Below, piece after piece: positions 46,387 to 55,544 of a DNA stretch of 64,000 nt. The position numbers and the translations under genes are program-made. Origin of the DNA: Angustibacter luteus (lineage in GTDB: Bacteria > Actinomycetota > Actinomycetes > Actinomycetales > Angustibacteraceae); contig NZ_BAABFP010000002.1 of NCBI RefSeq assembly GCF_039541115.1, forward strand, positions 1 to 64,000, in the 5' to 3' direction. Positions within the stretch are counted from its first letter, which is position 1. Each line of letters begins with the position of its first letter. Under the pieces are notes generated by a model. It did no database searches and was not told where the DNA came from. It was given only the letters and a program-made list of their open reading frames with translations.

Positions 46387-46820
46387 GCCGAGGCGCCGAG
46401 CAGCGGGGTGCCGGCGGTCGGCGAGGCGGCCATGGTCATCGCCTCGGTCCAGGCCTGGCGCAACGGCTCGACGACGGTGATGCAACCGGCGGTGCGGGTG
46501 GCGTCCATCCGCGTGTTGGCCGCGATCAGCTCGCGGATGAGCCACCGGTAGAGGCTGGCCAGGTTGTGGCCGCCCTCCCAGGCGTCGACGTCCAGGCTGG
46601 TGAGCAGCTCGGCGATGATGTCCTGCGCGTGCGCGATGTTGTCGTTCGCGACCTCGCGGTCGCCGTCCAGCTGCGCCTGGTGCGCGCGGGTGAGGTCGAG
46701 GGAGAGCCGGTCGTAGAGCATGACCAGCAGGCGGGCCGGCGACGCGGTGGCGGTGGTGTCGGAGCCGTAGCGTCCGGCCGCGCGCTGGTACGCCTGGTTC
46801 TGCGCCATCGGGAAGGTCAT
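46383..46820 (-). CDS. fliS: Flagellin chaperone FliS
   Basis: TASPARLLVMLYD, AQDIIAEL, NLASLY, LRQAW. Confidence 0.95.
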   Translation of the reverse strand: MTFPMAQNQAYQRAAGRYGSDTTATASPARLLVMLYDRLSLDLTRAHQAQLDGDREVANDNIAHAQDIIAELLTSLDVDAWEGGHNLASLYRWLIRELIAANTRMDATRTAGCITVVEPLRQAWTEAMTMAASPTAGTPLLGASA

Positions 46821-48199
46821 GAGTTGCTCCCGCTGTTGCTGAGCTGGTTGATCTGACCGGCCAGCCAGGTGGACTGGCTCTTGAGCTTGCCCAGCGCGAC
46901 CTCGAGCGCCGAGTACTGCTTCTGCAGGCTCGACTGCCGGGCCGCCAGGGTGACGTCCCAGCCGGCGATGCGATCCGTGAGGTCCGAGATCGTGGACTGC
47001 CGGCCCGTGACCGCCGACGCGATGGTGCCGGAGCTGCTGGAGGCGTCCTTCGCCAGACCGGCGACCACGTCCGCGAAACCGGTGCCGGCAGTGGTCGACG
47101 TGGTGAACATGGACTGCGTGCCAGCCGGATCGGCCGTCATCGCTGCGGCGAACTTGTCCTTGTCGAAGGTGACGATGCCGTCCTTGTTGACGCCGATGCC
47201 GGCCGTCGAGAGGGACTTGCCTCCGACGCCCGCGGTCACCTTCGACAGGATCTGGCTGGTCAGCTGGCGCATCAGTCCGTCACCGGCGAGCGCTCCGACC
47301 CCCGATCGCGTCCCATCCGTGCCGACGACACCGTTCGAGCTGACCGACTTGATCCCGACGAGCGCCGAGTTCGCGGCGTCCACCAGGGCCTGGACGGCCG
47401 AGGTGATCGCCGCCTGGTCGGGGTCGACGGACAGGGTCACGTCGTTGGCCTTGGCGCTCACCTTGACGGTGACCCCGGGCATGACGCCCTCGACGGTGTT
47501 GCTGGCCGAGGTGATGTCGAAGCCGGCACCGACGTCACCGACGTGCAGCTTGGCGTCCTGCGCGGCGTTGACCTGGGTGAACGACAGGCCCCCGAGGGCT
47601 GCGCCGCCGGTGCCGGTCAGCGTGAAGGCGTTCTTCTCACCGGTGTCGGTGGCGCTGAGCTGCAGCCGGTACTGGCCGGGTGAGACCTGGACCGCGGCGG
47701 CGCGCACGCCGGCATCGCTGGTCGAGTTGATCGCGGTGACCAGGGCCTGCAGGGAGCCGTCGGTCGGCGTCGCGATGGTGATCGTCTTGGCGTCGGCACC
47801 GGAGCCGCGGTGGATCTCGAAGCCGCTGTCGGTGATCGCACTCGTGCTGGTCAGCGACGAGAAGGTGGCCGAGCTGACCGAGGACTGCGCGGTGGCGAGC
47901 TGGACGACGGAGAAGGTCGTGGAGCCGGACAGGGCGCCGGCCGCGGCCGTCGCCGTCACGGCGGACGAGCTGGAGCTGGCCCTCGCGGCGCCCCAGGTGG
48001 TCAGCTTCTGCAGGTTCTCGGCGGCGGCCTGCAGGTTCGTCATCTTGGTGTTGACGGACTGCAGGGCGCTCAGCGCGGACTGCTGCTGGGTGAGCGAGGT
48101 CTTCAGGCGGGTCTGCGGTGCCGCCTGGATCTGCATCAGCTGGCTGATGATCGTGGTGGTGTCCAGTCCACTGACCAGACCGTCGACGGTCGTCGCCAC
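46817..48199 (-). CDS. fliD: Filament cap protein FliD
   Basis: VDGLVSGLDTTTIISQLM, VVQLATAQ, QYSALEVALGKLKSQSTWL; GGAGGAG RBS before the GTG. Confidence 0.94.
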   Translation of the reverse strand: MATTVDGLVSGLDTTTIISQLMQIQAAPQTRLKTSLTQQQSALSALQSVNTKMTNLQAAAENLQKLTTWGAARASSSSSAVTATAAAGALSGSTTFSVVQLATAQSSVSSATFSSLTSTSAITDSGFEIHRGSGADAKTITIATPTDGSLQALVTAINSTSDAGVRAAAVQVSPGQYRLQLSATDTGEKNAFTLTGTGGAALGGLSFTQVNAAQDAKLHVGDVGAGFDITSASNTVEGVMPGVTVKVSAKANDVTLSVDPDQAAITSAVQALVDAANSALVGIKSVSSNGVVGTDGTRSGVGALAGDGLMRQLTSQILSKVTAGVGGKSLSTAGIGVNKDGIVTFDKDKFAAAMTADPAGTQSMFTTSTTAGTGFADVVAGLAKDASSSSGTIASAVTGRQSTISDLTDRIAGWDVTLAARQSSLQKQYSALEVALGKLKSQSTWLAGQINQLSNSGSNS

Positions 48200-48225
48200 G
48201 AGATCTCCTCCGCTGATGGATGGAA

Positions 48226-48266
48226 GCGATCGGTGGGCGGGGCAGGGCGCCCCGCCCACCGATCGC
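48226..48266 (-). terminator. Hairpin between fliC and fliD
   Basis: GCGATCGGTGGGCGGGGC-5 nt-GCCCCGCCCACCGATCGC, perfect 18-bp stem. Confidence 0.75.
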
Positions 48267-48331
48267 GACTGTGGTGCTGGTACTGCTGGTTACTGCTGGT
48301 TACTGCTGGGTCGTGCTAGGTGCTACCGGGC

Positions 48332-49450
48332 TCAGCCGAGCAGCTTCAGGACGGACTGCTGCGAGGAGTTCGCCTGGGCGAGCATCGACGTACCGGCCTG
48401 CTGCAGGATCTGCGCGCGGGTGAAGCTGGTCATCTCCGCAGCCATGTCGGTGTCGCGGATCTGGCTCTCGGACGCGGACAGGTTCTCCACCGCGACGTTG
48501 AGGTTGTTCACGGTGTGCTCGAAGCGGTTCTGCAGCGCACCGAGGTTGCCACGAGCCGAGGAGACCGACTTGATGGCGGTGTCGATCTTGGTGATCGCAG
48601 CGGTCGCACCGGTCTGCGAGGCCAGGTCGACCGAGCTCACGCCGAGGTCGGTCGAGCTGAAGCCCGCGTTGGCGCCCGGAGCGGCGTTGGTGCCCGCAGC
48701 CGTCAGGGTGCCGGTGACGGCGATGGCGCCGGCGAGGCCGTCCTTGGAGGACACGACCAGGCCACCGTTGGTGTCCACCGAGGCCGAGTAGCTACCAGCG
48801 AAGCCGGCGTCGGCGTTCAGCTGGGTGGCGATGGCGTTGGCGTCGGTGCTGGCGGTCACCGCGACGGTCGTCGCGACGGCGCCGTGGGTGAAGACCGCGT
48901 TACCCGCCGTGGTAGCGGCCGAACCGTTGGCCCACGAGGACTTGGCGCCACCGGTGCCGGTCGAGGAGATCGCCACGCCGATGGTGTCGTTCGCCGCGTA
49001 GCCGACCTGGAAGGACTTGCCGGTGAAGGAGCCGTCCAGCAGGTTCACGTTGTTGAACGTGGTCTTGCTGGCGATCCGGTCCAGCTCCGAGTTGAGCTGC
49101 TTGGCCTCGGCGTCGATGGCGCTGCGCGAGTTGGTGTCGTTGCTGCCGTTCGCCGACTGCACCGCGAGGTCACGCATGCGCTGCAGGATGGCGGTGGACT
49201 CGTTCAGGGCGCCGTCAGCCGTCTGCACGACGTTGATGCCGTCCTGAGCGTTGCGGACGGCGACCTTCAGGCCACCGATCTGCGAGCGCAGGCCCTCGGA
49301 GATCGAGAGGCCGGCAGCGTCGTCCGCCGCGCGGTTGATGCGGAAGCCGCTGGAGAGCTTCTCCAGGGACTTGCTCATCTGGTTGTCGGTGACCGACAGG
49401 TTGCGGTACGAGTTCTGCGCCGCGATGTTCTGGTTGATGCGAAGACCCAT
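48332..49450 (-). CDS. fliC: Flagellin
   Basis: [56 protein letters not shown]. Confidence 0.98.
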   Translation of the reverse strand: MGLRINQNIAAQNSYRNLSVTDNQMSKSLEKLSSGFRINRAADDAAGLSISEGLRSQIGGLKVAVRNAQDGINVVQTADGALNESTAILQRMRDLAVQSANGSNDTNSRSAIDAEAKQLNSELDRIASKTTFNNVNLLDGSFTGKSFQVGYAANDTIGVAISSTGTGGAKSSWANGSAATTAGNAVFTHGAVATTVAVTASTDANAIATQLNADAGFAGSYSASVDTNGGLVVSSKDGLAGAIAVTGTLTAAGTNAAPGANAGFSSTDLGVSSVDLASQTGATAAITKIDTAIKSVSSARGNLGALQNRFEHTVNNLNVAVENLSASESQIRDTDMAAEMTSFTRAQILQQAGTSMLAQANSSQQSVLKLLG

Positions 49451-49507
49451 GATGAAACTCCTCCGTGATGGGGTCCGAGTGCCCTTCCGTGGGCTGTGTC
49501 AACCGCT

Positions 49508-49534
49508 GCATCGTCCGAGCGGCTGGGGTGCTGA
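49508..49534 (-). promoter_or_regulatory. sigma28-type promoter of fliC
   Basis: TCAG-N15-GACGATGC; the leader has GCCC-ACGGAA-GGGC (49481-49494) and ACGGA overlapping the SD. Confidence 0.75.
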
Positions 49535-49544
49535 GGGTTTTTGG

Positions 49545-50480
49545 CTACGCCGTTCGGGTGGCGTCGAAGCGCAGGTCAGCGGACGACGTCCCGGGCTCCG
49601 CGGTGCGCTGCACCGGGACGGCCGGCGCCGCGGCGAAGGCCGCGACCTTGGCGTAGTAGGCACTGCGGCGACGCGCGACGACTCCGTCGGGCCGTTCGGG
49701 CTCGACGACCCGCTCGGGGTCGAGGTGGGTGTTCATCCCGTCGCGCAGCAGGACGAGGGCCTCGGCGCGCAGCTGGGACACCCGCGACTCGGTGACCCCG
49801 AGCTCGGCGGCGATCTCGGCCATGGGGCGCTCACCCAGGAAGTACTGCTCGACGACCACCCGCAGCCGCTCCGGCAGCGCATGCACGGCGGCCATCAGGT
49901 AGCGCATCTTCTCGGCCTGCACGACGAACTGACCGGCGTCCACCTGGTGCGCCTCGGCGGTCAGGTGCTCGTCGGCGGAGCCGTTGAGGTCCACCAGCTG
50001 GTCCAGGCTGATGACGACGCTGCGGTGCAGGTCACCGCGCGTAGTCGTCACGCTCCGCACCTCGACGTCGAGCTCACGCGCGAGCTCGACGTCCGTGGGC
50101 CAGCGGCCCAGCTCGCTGGCCATCCGGTCCTCGGCCTGAGCCATCTGGCGGCCCTTGCTGCGAACCCCGCGACTAGCCCAATCGGATGCACGTAGCTCGT
50201 CAACCAGTGCGCCGCGTATCCGAGTCCTGGCATAGTGGCCGAACGGCACCCCAGTGGTGGGGTCGTACGCACGAGCTGCCTTCACCAGGGCCAGCTGGCC
50301 GGCCGAGACCAGGTCGCCACGCTGGACGTGGGCGGGCACTCGGCCGAGGACCTCGGAGACGAGGTAGCCGACGATCGGCAGGTGCTCGCGCACCAGGTTT
50401 CGGCCAGCGTCGTCCAAGGGCGCGTCGGGTCCACCGGAGTCCAGCGCGGGCCGTACCTCGGTTTTGCGTGAGAACTGCAT
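49545..50480 (-). CDS. fliA: FliA/WhiG family sigma factor (sigma28) with a C-terminal tail
   Basis: DLVSAGQLALVKAA, RIRGALVDELRASDW, LGVTESRVSQLRAEA; start codon uncertain (50480 chosen). Confidence 0.92.
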   Translation of the reverse strand: MQFSRKTEVRPALDSGGPDAPLDDAGRNLVREHLPIVGYLVSEVLGRVPAHVQRGDLVSAGQLALVKAARAYDPTTGVPFGHYARTRIRGALVDELRASDWASRGVRSKGRQMAQAEDRMASELGRWPTDVELARELDVEVRSVTTTRGDLHRSVVISLDQLVDLNGSADEHLTAEAHQVDAGQFVVQAEKMRYLMAAVHALPERLRVVVEQYFLGERPMAEIAAELGVTESRVSQLRAEALVLLRDGMNTHLDPERVVEPERPDGVVARRRSAYYAKVAAFAAAPAVPVQRTAEPGTSSADLRFDATRTA

Positions 50481-50558
50481 GAGTCGGTTCTCGGCGCGCC
50501 TGCGCACGATCTGTAGCGAACCGACCATGATCGTCTCGTCATTTCTCTGTCCTAATGC

Positions 50559-50585
50559 TCAGGTCGCCTCTGATCGGACCGATGC
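50559..50585 (+). promoter_or_regulatory. sigma28-type promoter of flgN-flgK-flgL-fliW
   Basis: TCAG-N15-ACCGATGC. Confidence 0.7.
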
Positions 50586-50626
50586 AGTGCTTGACGGAGA
50601 TGTGCTCCGGCGGAGGGTTCGTTTTC

Positions 50627-51112
50627 ATGGGGCTTGCTGAGGTGTCCACCGTGCTGTGGACCGAGCGTGAGCTGCTCGAGCTGCTGCTGTTCAAGCTCGA
50701 GGAGGAGCAGCTCGTGCTCGCCAGTGGTCGTGCTCGCTGGCTGGCGCACGCGACCCGCGAGGTCGAGATGGTCATCGAGCAGATCCGTGGCGCCGAGCTG
50801 TCCCGTGCCGTCGCCGTCGACGAGCTGGCCGCCGAGCTGGGCCTGCTGCCCGGCCCGAGCCTCACCGCGCTCGCCGACGCCGCACCCGCACCGTGGAGCG
50901 AGATGCTGCGCGACCACCGCCAGGCCTTCCTGGACCTGACGGACGAGATCAGCCAGATCTCCAAGTCCAACCGCGAGCTGCTGCTGCAGGCGGCCCGGAC
51001 CAGCCGCGAGGTGCTGATGGGCGTCGAGGGACACGCGGCGCAGACCTACACCCCGCACGGCACCAAGACGATGCCGGCGCCCTCCACCCGCGTCATCGAC
51101 CGGGCTCTGTGA
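50627..51112 (+). CDS. flgN: FlgN chaperone
   Basis: LWTERELLELLLFKLEEE...NRELL...TY; lies upstream of flgK. Confidence 0.85.
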   Translation: MGLAEVSTVLWTERELLELLLFKLEEEQLVLASGRARWLAHATREVEMVIEQIRGAELSRAVAVDELAAELGLLPGPSLTALADAAPAPWSEMLRDHRQAFLDLTDEISQISKSNRELLLQAARTSREVLMGVEGHAAQTYTPHGTKTMPAPSTRVIDRAL

Positions 51113-51119
51113 GGCCCTG

Positions 51120-52520
51120 ATGTCCAGCACCTTCTCCGGCCTGAGCACCGCGCTGAACGCGCTGATGTCCCAGCGTGCCGCGCTGACGGTGACGGGGCAG
51201 AACATCGCCAACGCGAACACGGTCGGGTACACCCGCCAGCGCGCCGAGCTCGCCTCGGTGCTGTCGTCCACCAAGGCCGGCATGATGTCCGGCACCGCGA
51301 TCGGCAACAACGGTGGCGGTGTCACCGTGTCGTCGATCCGCCGGCTCGCCGACGCCTTCGTCGACGCCCGCCAGCGCGACGCGCACTCCAACGCCTCGTA
51401 CGCCACGGCGCAGGGTGCCGCGCTGGACCAGGTCGAGGGCATGCTCGGCGAGCCGTCCACGAACGGCCTGTCCGCGCAGCTGTCCGACTTCTGGGGCGCC
51501 TGGCAAGGTCTGTCCAACAACCCGGACAGCGTCCCGGCGCGGCAGGCGCTGCTCAGCAAGGCCGCCACCATCGTGGGGACCATCAAGCAGGGCCGGGCCA
51601 GCGTCGACTCGGCGTTCACCGACACCCGCGCCCAGTTGGACGCCCTCGTCACGGACGTGAACACGACGGCGAAGAGCATCGCGGACCTCAACGACCAGAT
51701 CCGTGCGCTCACCGCCGGCGGCAACCCGCCCAACGAGCTCATCGACCAGCGTGACCAGCTCTCGCTGCACCTGTCCGAGCTGGTCGGCGGCCGCAGCACC
51801 ACGAACGACGACGGCACCGTGAGCATCAGCGTCAACGGCGTCAGCGTGGTCAGCGGCACCCGGGCCGCGACGCTGGCCGTCAGCGGCGGCAACACGATCG
51901 ACACGCTCGCCGCGACGCCGCTGCAGCTCACCTGGTCCAGCGGGTCCACCGCGACGTTCGGCTCCGGTCAGGTCGCCGGCACCATCGATGCCCTGACGAG
52001 CACGTTCGTGGACGCCGCGAACAGCTACGACCAGGTCGCGTCCGTGCTGGCCAGCTCGGTCAACGCCGTGCACTCCACGGGCCAGGACCTGGACGCCGTG
52101 GCGACCGGCGACTTCTTCGCCGGGACGACGGCGAAGACCCTGTCCGTCGCCATCACCGACCCGCGCAAGATCGGCGCTGCGGCACTGGCCCCCGACGGCA
52201 AGCCGTCGCTGGACGCCTCGGTCGCCGACGCGATGGCCGCGCTCGCGACCTCGCGCACCGGGGCCGACGTCCAGTGGAGCTCGTTCGTCGCCGCCACCGG
52301 GGTCGCGGCCGCGATGGCGCACAGCAACGTGTCCGTCCGGACGTCGATCAGCACCCAGTCAGACGCGAACCGCGCCTCGGCGTCGGGGGTCAGCCTGGAC
52401 GAGGAGATGTCCAACATGCTCATGTTCCAGCGGGCGTACGAAGGCGCGGGGCGGGTGATGACGGCGGTCGACGAGATGCTCGACACCCTCATCAACCGCA
52501 CCGGTCAGGTCGGGAGGTAG
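51120..52520 (+). CDS. flgK: Hook-associated protein 1
   Basis: TGQNIANANTVGYTRQ, DQRDQL, SGVSLDEEMSNMLMFQRAY. Confidence 0.96.
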   Translation: MSSTFSGLSTALNALMSQRAALTVTGQNIANANTVGYTRQRAELASVLSSTKAGMMSGTAIGNNGGGVTVSSIRRLADAFVDARQRDAHSNASYATAQGAALDQVEGMLGEPSTNGLSAQLSDFWGAWQGLSNNPDSVPARQALLSKAATIVGTIKQGRASVDSAFTDTRAQLDALVTDVNTTAKSIADLNDQIRALTAGGNPPNELIDQRDQLSLHLSELVGGRSTTNDDGTVSISVNGVSVVSGTRAATLAVSGGNTIDTLAATPLQLTWSSGSTATFGSGQVAGTIDALTSTFVDAANSYDQVASVLASSVNAVHSTGQDLDAVATGDFFAGTTAKTLSVAITDPRKIGAAALAPDGKPSLDASVADAMAALATSRTGADVQWSSFVAATGVAAAMAHSNVSVRTSISTQSDANRASASGVSLDEEMSNMLMFQRAYEGAGRVMTAVDEMLDTLINRTGQVGR

Positions 52521-52522
52521 TC

Positions 52523-53404
52523 GTGCGGATCACCCAGAGCTCGATCGCGGCGTCCAGCCTCGCCAACCTGCAGGCGAGCCTCGCCCGCAACGCGCAGCTG
52601 CAGGAGCAGATGACCAGCGGCAAGGTCATCAACCGCCCCTCCGACTCCCCCACCGGCATCGTCACCGTGATGTCGATGAAGTCGCAGATCGCCTCCAGCA
52701 CGCAGTACTCCCGCAACGCCTCCGATGGTGCGGCCTGGCTCGGCACCGTGGACAGCACGCTGCAGACCGTGAACGAGCGGCTCCAGCGGGTCCGCGACCT
52801 CGTGCTGCAGGGGTCGTCGACCGGCACGCTGGACCCGACCTCACGCCAGGCCCTCGCCACCGAGGTCACCAGCCTGCGGGGCGAGCTGATGGGCCTGGCG
52901 AACACGTCCTACTCGGGTCGGCCCATCTTCGGCGGCACGACTGCGAACGCCAAGGCCTACGACGACACCACCTACGCCTACCAGGGCAACGACGGTCAGG
53001 TCACCCGTCGGCTGGACTCGGCGACGACCGTCGAGGTCGGCGCCAGTGGCCCGACCGTCTTCGGCGACGGTGCGACGTCCATGTTCAAGATGCTCGACGA
53101 CATCGCCACCAACCTGGTCAGCAACACCCCGGCCCTGGCCGGGAACCTCGCCCAGATCGACGGCCGGATGAACGACGTCCTGCAGACGCTCACCGACGTC
53201 GGCGTCCGCACCAACCGGGTGACCGCGGCGCAGACCAACGCCGACGACAACGTCCTGTCGATGAGCAGCACGCTGTCCGGCGTCGAGGACATCGACCTGC
53301 CCAAGACGATCCTGGACATGCAGCTGTCCAGCAACGCGTACCAGGCCGCCCTGTCGGCCACCGCGAAGGTGCTTCAGCCGTCTCTGATGGACTTCCTCAG
53401 GTGA
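52523..53404 (+). CDS. flgL: Hook-associated protein 3
   Basis: (M)RITQ...SGKVINRPSDSP...YQAALSATAKVLQPSLMDFLR. Confidence 0.95.
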   Translation: MRITQSSIAASSLANLQASLARNAQLQEQMTSGKVINRPSDSPTGIVTVMSMKSQIASSTQYSRNASDGAAWLGTVDSTLQTVNERLQRVRDLVLQGSSTGTLDPTSRQALATEVTSLRGELMGLANTSYSGRPIFGGTTANAKAYDDTTYAYQGNDGQVTRRLDSATTVEVGASGPTVFGDGATSMFKMLDDIATNLVSNTPALAGNLAQIDGRMNDVLQTLTDVGVRTNRVTAAQTNADDNVLSMSSTLSGVEDIDLPKTILDMQLSSNAYQAALSATAKVLQPSLMDFLR

Positions 53405-53817
53405 GTGAGCAGATGACCGACACCCCGACCGACAACGACCTGCCCGTGCTGGAGTTCGTGGACGCCGTCCCCGGGCTGCCCGGCATGTCCCGGTGCGTGC
53501 TGGTCCAGATCGACGAGGCCGGTGCCCTGTTCCGGCTGCAGTCCGTCGTCGACCCCGACCTGCGCCTGGTCGTCGCGGCACCGTCCTTCTTCTACGCCGA
53601 GTACGCCCCGGAGATCGACGAGGACACGGCCGCCAGCATCCACCTGGACGACGTCGCGGACGCCCTGCTGCTCGTCGTCATCACCGTGGGCGCCTCGCTC
53701 GCCGAGTCGACCGCGAACCTGATGGCCCCCATCGTGGTGAACCAGCGGACCCGCCAGGCCGTCCAGGTGCTGCAGCTCGAGGGCAGCCACTCGCTGCGCG
53801 AGCCACTGCCCGTCTGA
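53401..53817 (+). CDS. fliW: Flagellar assembly factor FliW (CsrA antagonist)
   Basis: LFRLQSV, P..FYAEY, TANLMAPIVVN...AVQVL. Confidence 0.92.
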   Translation: MSEQMTDTPTDNDLPVLEFVDAVPGLPGMSRCVLVQIDEAGALFRLQSVVDPDLRLVVAAPSFFYAEYAPEIDEDTAASIHLDDVADALLLVVITVGASLAESTANLMAPIVVNQRTRQAVQVLQLEGSHSLREPLPV

Positions 53818-53837
53818 CCCGCTCGCTCGACCCCCGG

Positions 53838-54737
53838 TCAGCTGATCGGGGTCTCGAAGTAGTGCCCCTCGTCGAGGTCGGCGATCAGTCCGGGGTGGGT
53901 GGGCGCCCATCCCGTCAGCTCGCACGTCAGCGTGTTCGAGGCCGGCGCGTCGGCCCCGAAGAAGCCACCCAGCCAGGCGAAGTGGTCCATCGCCTGGGCC
54001 GCCGGGATCGAGACGACCGGCACGTCCAGACCGCGGCCGATCGCCTCGGCGATCTCCCGGGTCGGCACGCCCTCCTCAGCGACGGCGTGCAGCACCGAGC
54101 CCCCGGGCGCCTCGAGCACCGCCTGCCGGACGAGCCGGCCCGCATCGATCCGGTGCACTGCGGGCCAACGGTTCTCGCCGGCCTCGATGTACGCCGAGAC
54201 GCCCTTGTCCCGCGCGGTGGCCACCAGGGCGGCCACGAAGCCGTGGTCCCCCGCACCGTGCACCGTGGGGGCGAACCGCACCACGACCGGGCGGACGCCG
54301 CGCTCGGCGAAGGCCAGCGCGGCGAGCGCGTTGGCCACCCGCGGGTGAACGGCGGCGTCCGGGACGTCGCGTTCGGTGCCCACCCGGCCGGGCGCCAGAC
54401 CCAGGGTGCCGGAGGCGATCACCAGCGCTCCGCCGGAGCCCTCCAGGACGGCGCCGACGGCCTCGATCGCCGCCAGGTCGATCTGCGCCGCCCGCTCCAT
54501 CTGCGAGAAGTCGTGGTGGTAACCGAGGTGGACGGCGCTGTCGGCTGCCGCCGCACCCGCGCGCAGGCTGTCGAGGTCCTCCAGGCTCCCCCGCTGCACG
54601 TCGGCACCGAGCCGCGCGACCGACTCCGCCGAGGCATCCGAGCGGGCCAGGCCGAGGACCTGGTGGCCCGAGCCGAGCAGCTCGGTGACGACGGTTGACC
54701 CGATCCAGCCGGACGCTCCGGTGACGAACACGCGCAT
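53838..54737 (-). CDS. NAD(P)-dependent oxidoreductase (atypical SDR/epimerase family)
   Basis: VFVTGASGWIG, NRWPAVHRIDA. Confidence 0.9.
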   Translation of the reverse strand: MRVFVTGASGWIGSTVVTELLGSGHQVLGLARSDASAESVARLGADVQRGSLEDLDSLRAGAAAADSAVHLGYHHDFSQMERAAQIDLAAIEAVGAVLEGSGGALVIASGTLGLAPGRVGTERDVPDAAVHPRVANALAALAFAERGVRPVVVRFAPTVHGAGDHGFVAALVATARDKGVSAYIEAGENRWPAVHRIDAGRLVRQAVLEAPGGSVLHAVAEEGVPTREIAEAIGRGLDVPVVSIPAAQAMDHFAWLGGFFGADAPASNTLTCELTGWAPTHPGLIADLDEGHYFETPIS

Positions 54738-54765
54738 GACGAACCCCTTGCTGAGGTGACACCCT

Positions 54766-54819
54766 GGTGATGTCACGTGATGACATCACCGTACCACCCC
54801 GATGTCATCGCATGACATC
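54766..54819. promoter_or_regulatory. Two tandem TetR operators in the divergent SDR/TetR region
   Basis: GGTGATGTCA-N5-TGACATCACC (54766-54790) and GATGTCA-N5-TGACATC (54801-54819). Confidence 0.8.
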
Positions 54820-54835
54820 ACCTACACTGCCCGTC

Positions 54836-55399
54836 ATGGGTCGATGGGAGCCGGGTGCGAGCGGTCGGCTCCGCCAAGCGGCCATGGAGCTGTACGTGGA
54901 GCGCGGGTACGACCAGACGACGGTGGCCGCGATCGCTGACCGCGCAGGACTGACCGCGCGGACCTTCTTCCGGTACTTCGCCGACAAGCGCGAGGTGCTG
55001 TTCGCCGGGTCCGAGTCGTTGCAGGACAGCCTCGTCGCCGCTCTGGACGACGCGGCGCCGGACGCCTCGCCGATGCAGGCGGTGGCTGCTGCCCTCGATG
55101 CCGCCGCCGACTTCCTCGGCGACCGTCGCGACTACTCCCGACAGCGGCAGTCCGTCATCGCCGCCAACGCCGAGCTGCGCGAGCGCGAGCTGATCAAGAT
55201 GGCGTCGCTGGCACACGCGCTGGGCGACGGGCTGCGCCGCCGCGGCGTCCCCGAGCCGGACGCCAGCCTGGCCGCCGAGGCCGGCGTCGCCGTGTTCCGG
55301 GTTGCCTTCGATCGCTGGGTCAACGACCCGGTCGACCGTCCGCTCGCTCAGGTCATGCGCGAGTCGCTCGTCCAGCTGAGGACCGTGACGACCCGCTAG
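54836..55399 (+). CDS. TetR family regulator
   Basis: MGRWEP, GYDQTTVAAIADRAGLTARTFFRYFADKREVLF. Confidence 0.93.
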   Translation: MGRWEPGASGRLRQAAMELYVERGYDQTTVAAIADRAGLTARTFFRYFADKREVLFAGSESLQDSLVAALDDAAPDASPMQAVAAALDAAADFLGDRRDYSRQRQSVIAANAELRERELIKMASLAHALGDGLRRRGVPEPDASLAAEAGVAVFRVAFDRWVNDPVDRPLAQVMRESLVQLRTVTTR

Positions 55400-55415
55400 C
55401 CCGCACCCCGCACCA

Positions 55416-55461
55416 GATCGTGGCAACCTCGCATCGCCAGTGATGCGACGTTGCCACGATC
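55416..55461. repeat. Inverted repeat downstream of TetR (terminator or REP-like)
   Basis: GATCGTGGCAAC-c-TCGCATC...GATGCGA-c-GTTGCCACGATC. Confidence 0.6.
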
Positions 55462-55544
55462 GTGGGGTCGGGCGCTGCCAATTGAGCCTGCCCGCTCCCG
55501 CTCTGCGGTTTACTGGGCCGGTGCGGCGAGAGGAAACTCAACGG

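Noticed and set aside
21800..53830. Flagellar cluster as a recently acquired mobile island
   Set aside because: No mobility genes or terminal repeats, host-like codon usage, and it contains a host palindromic repeat
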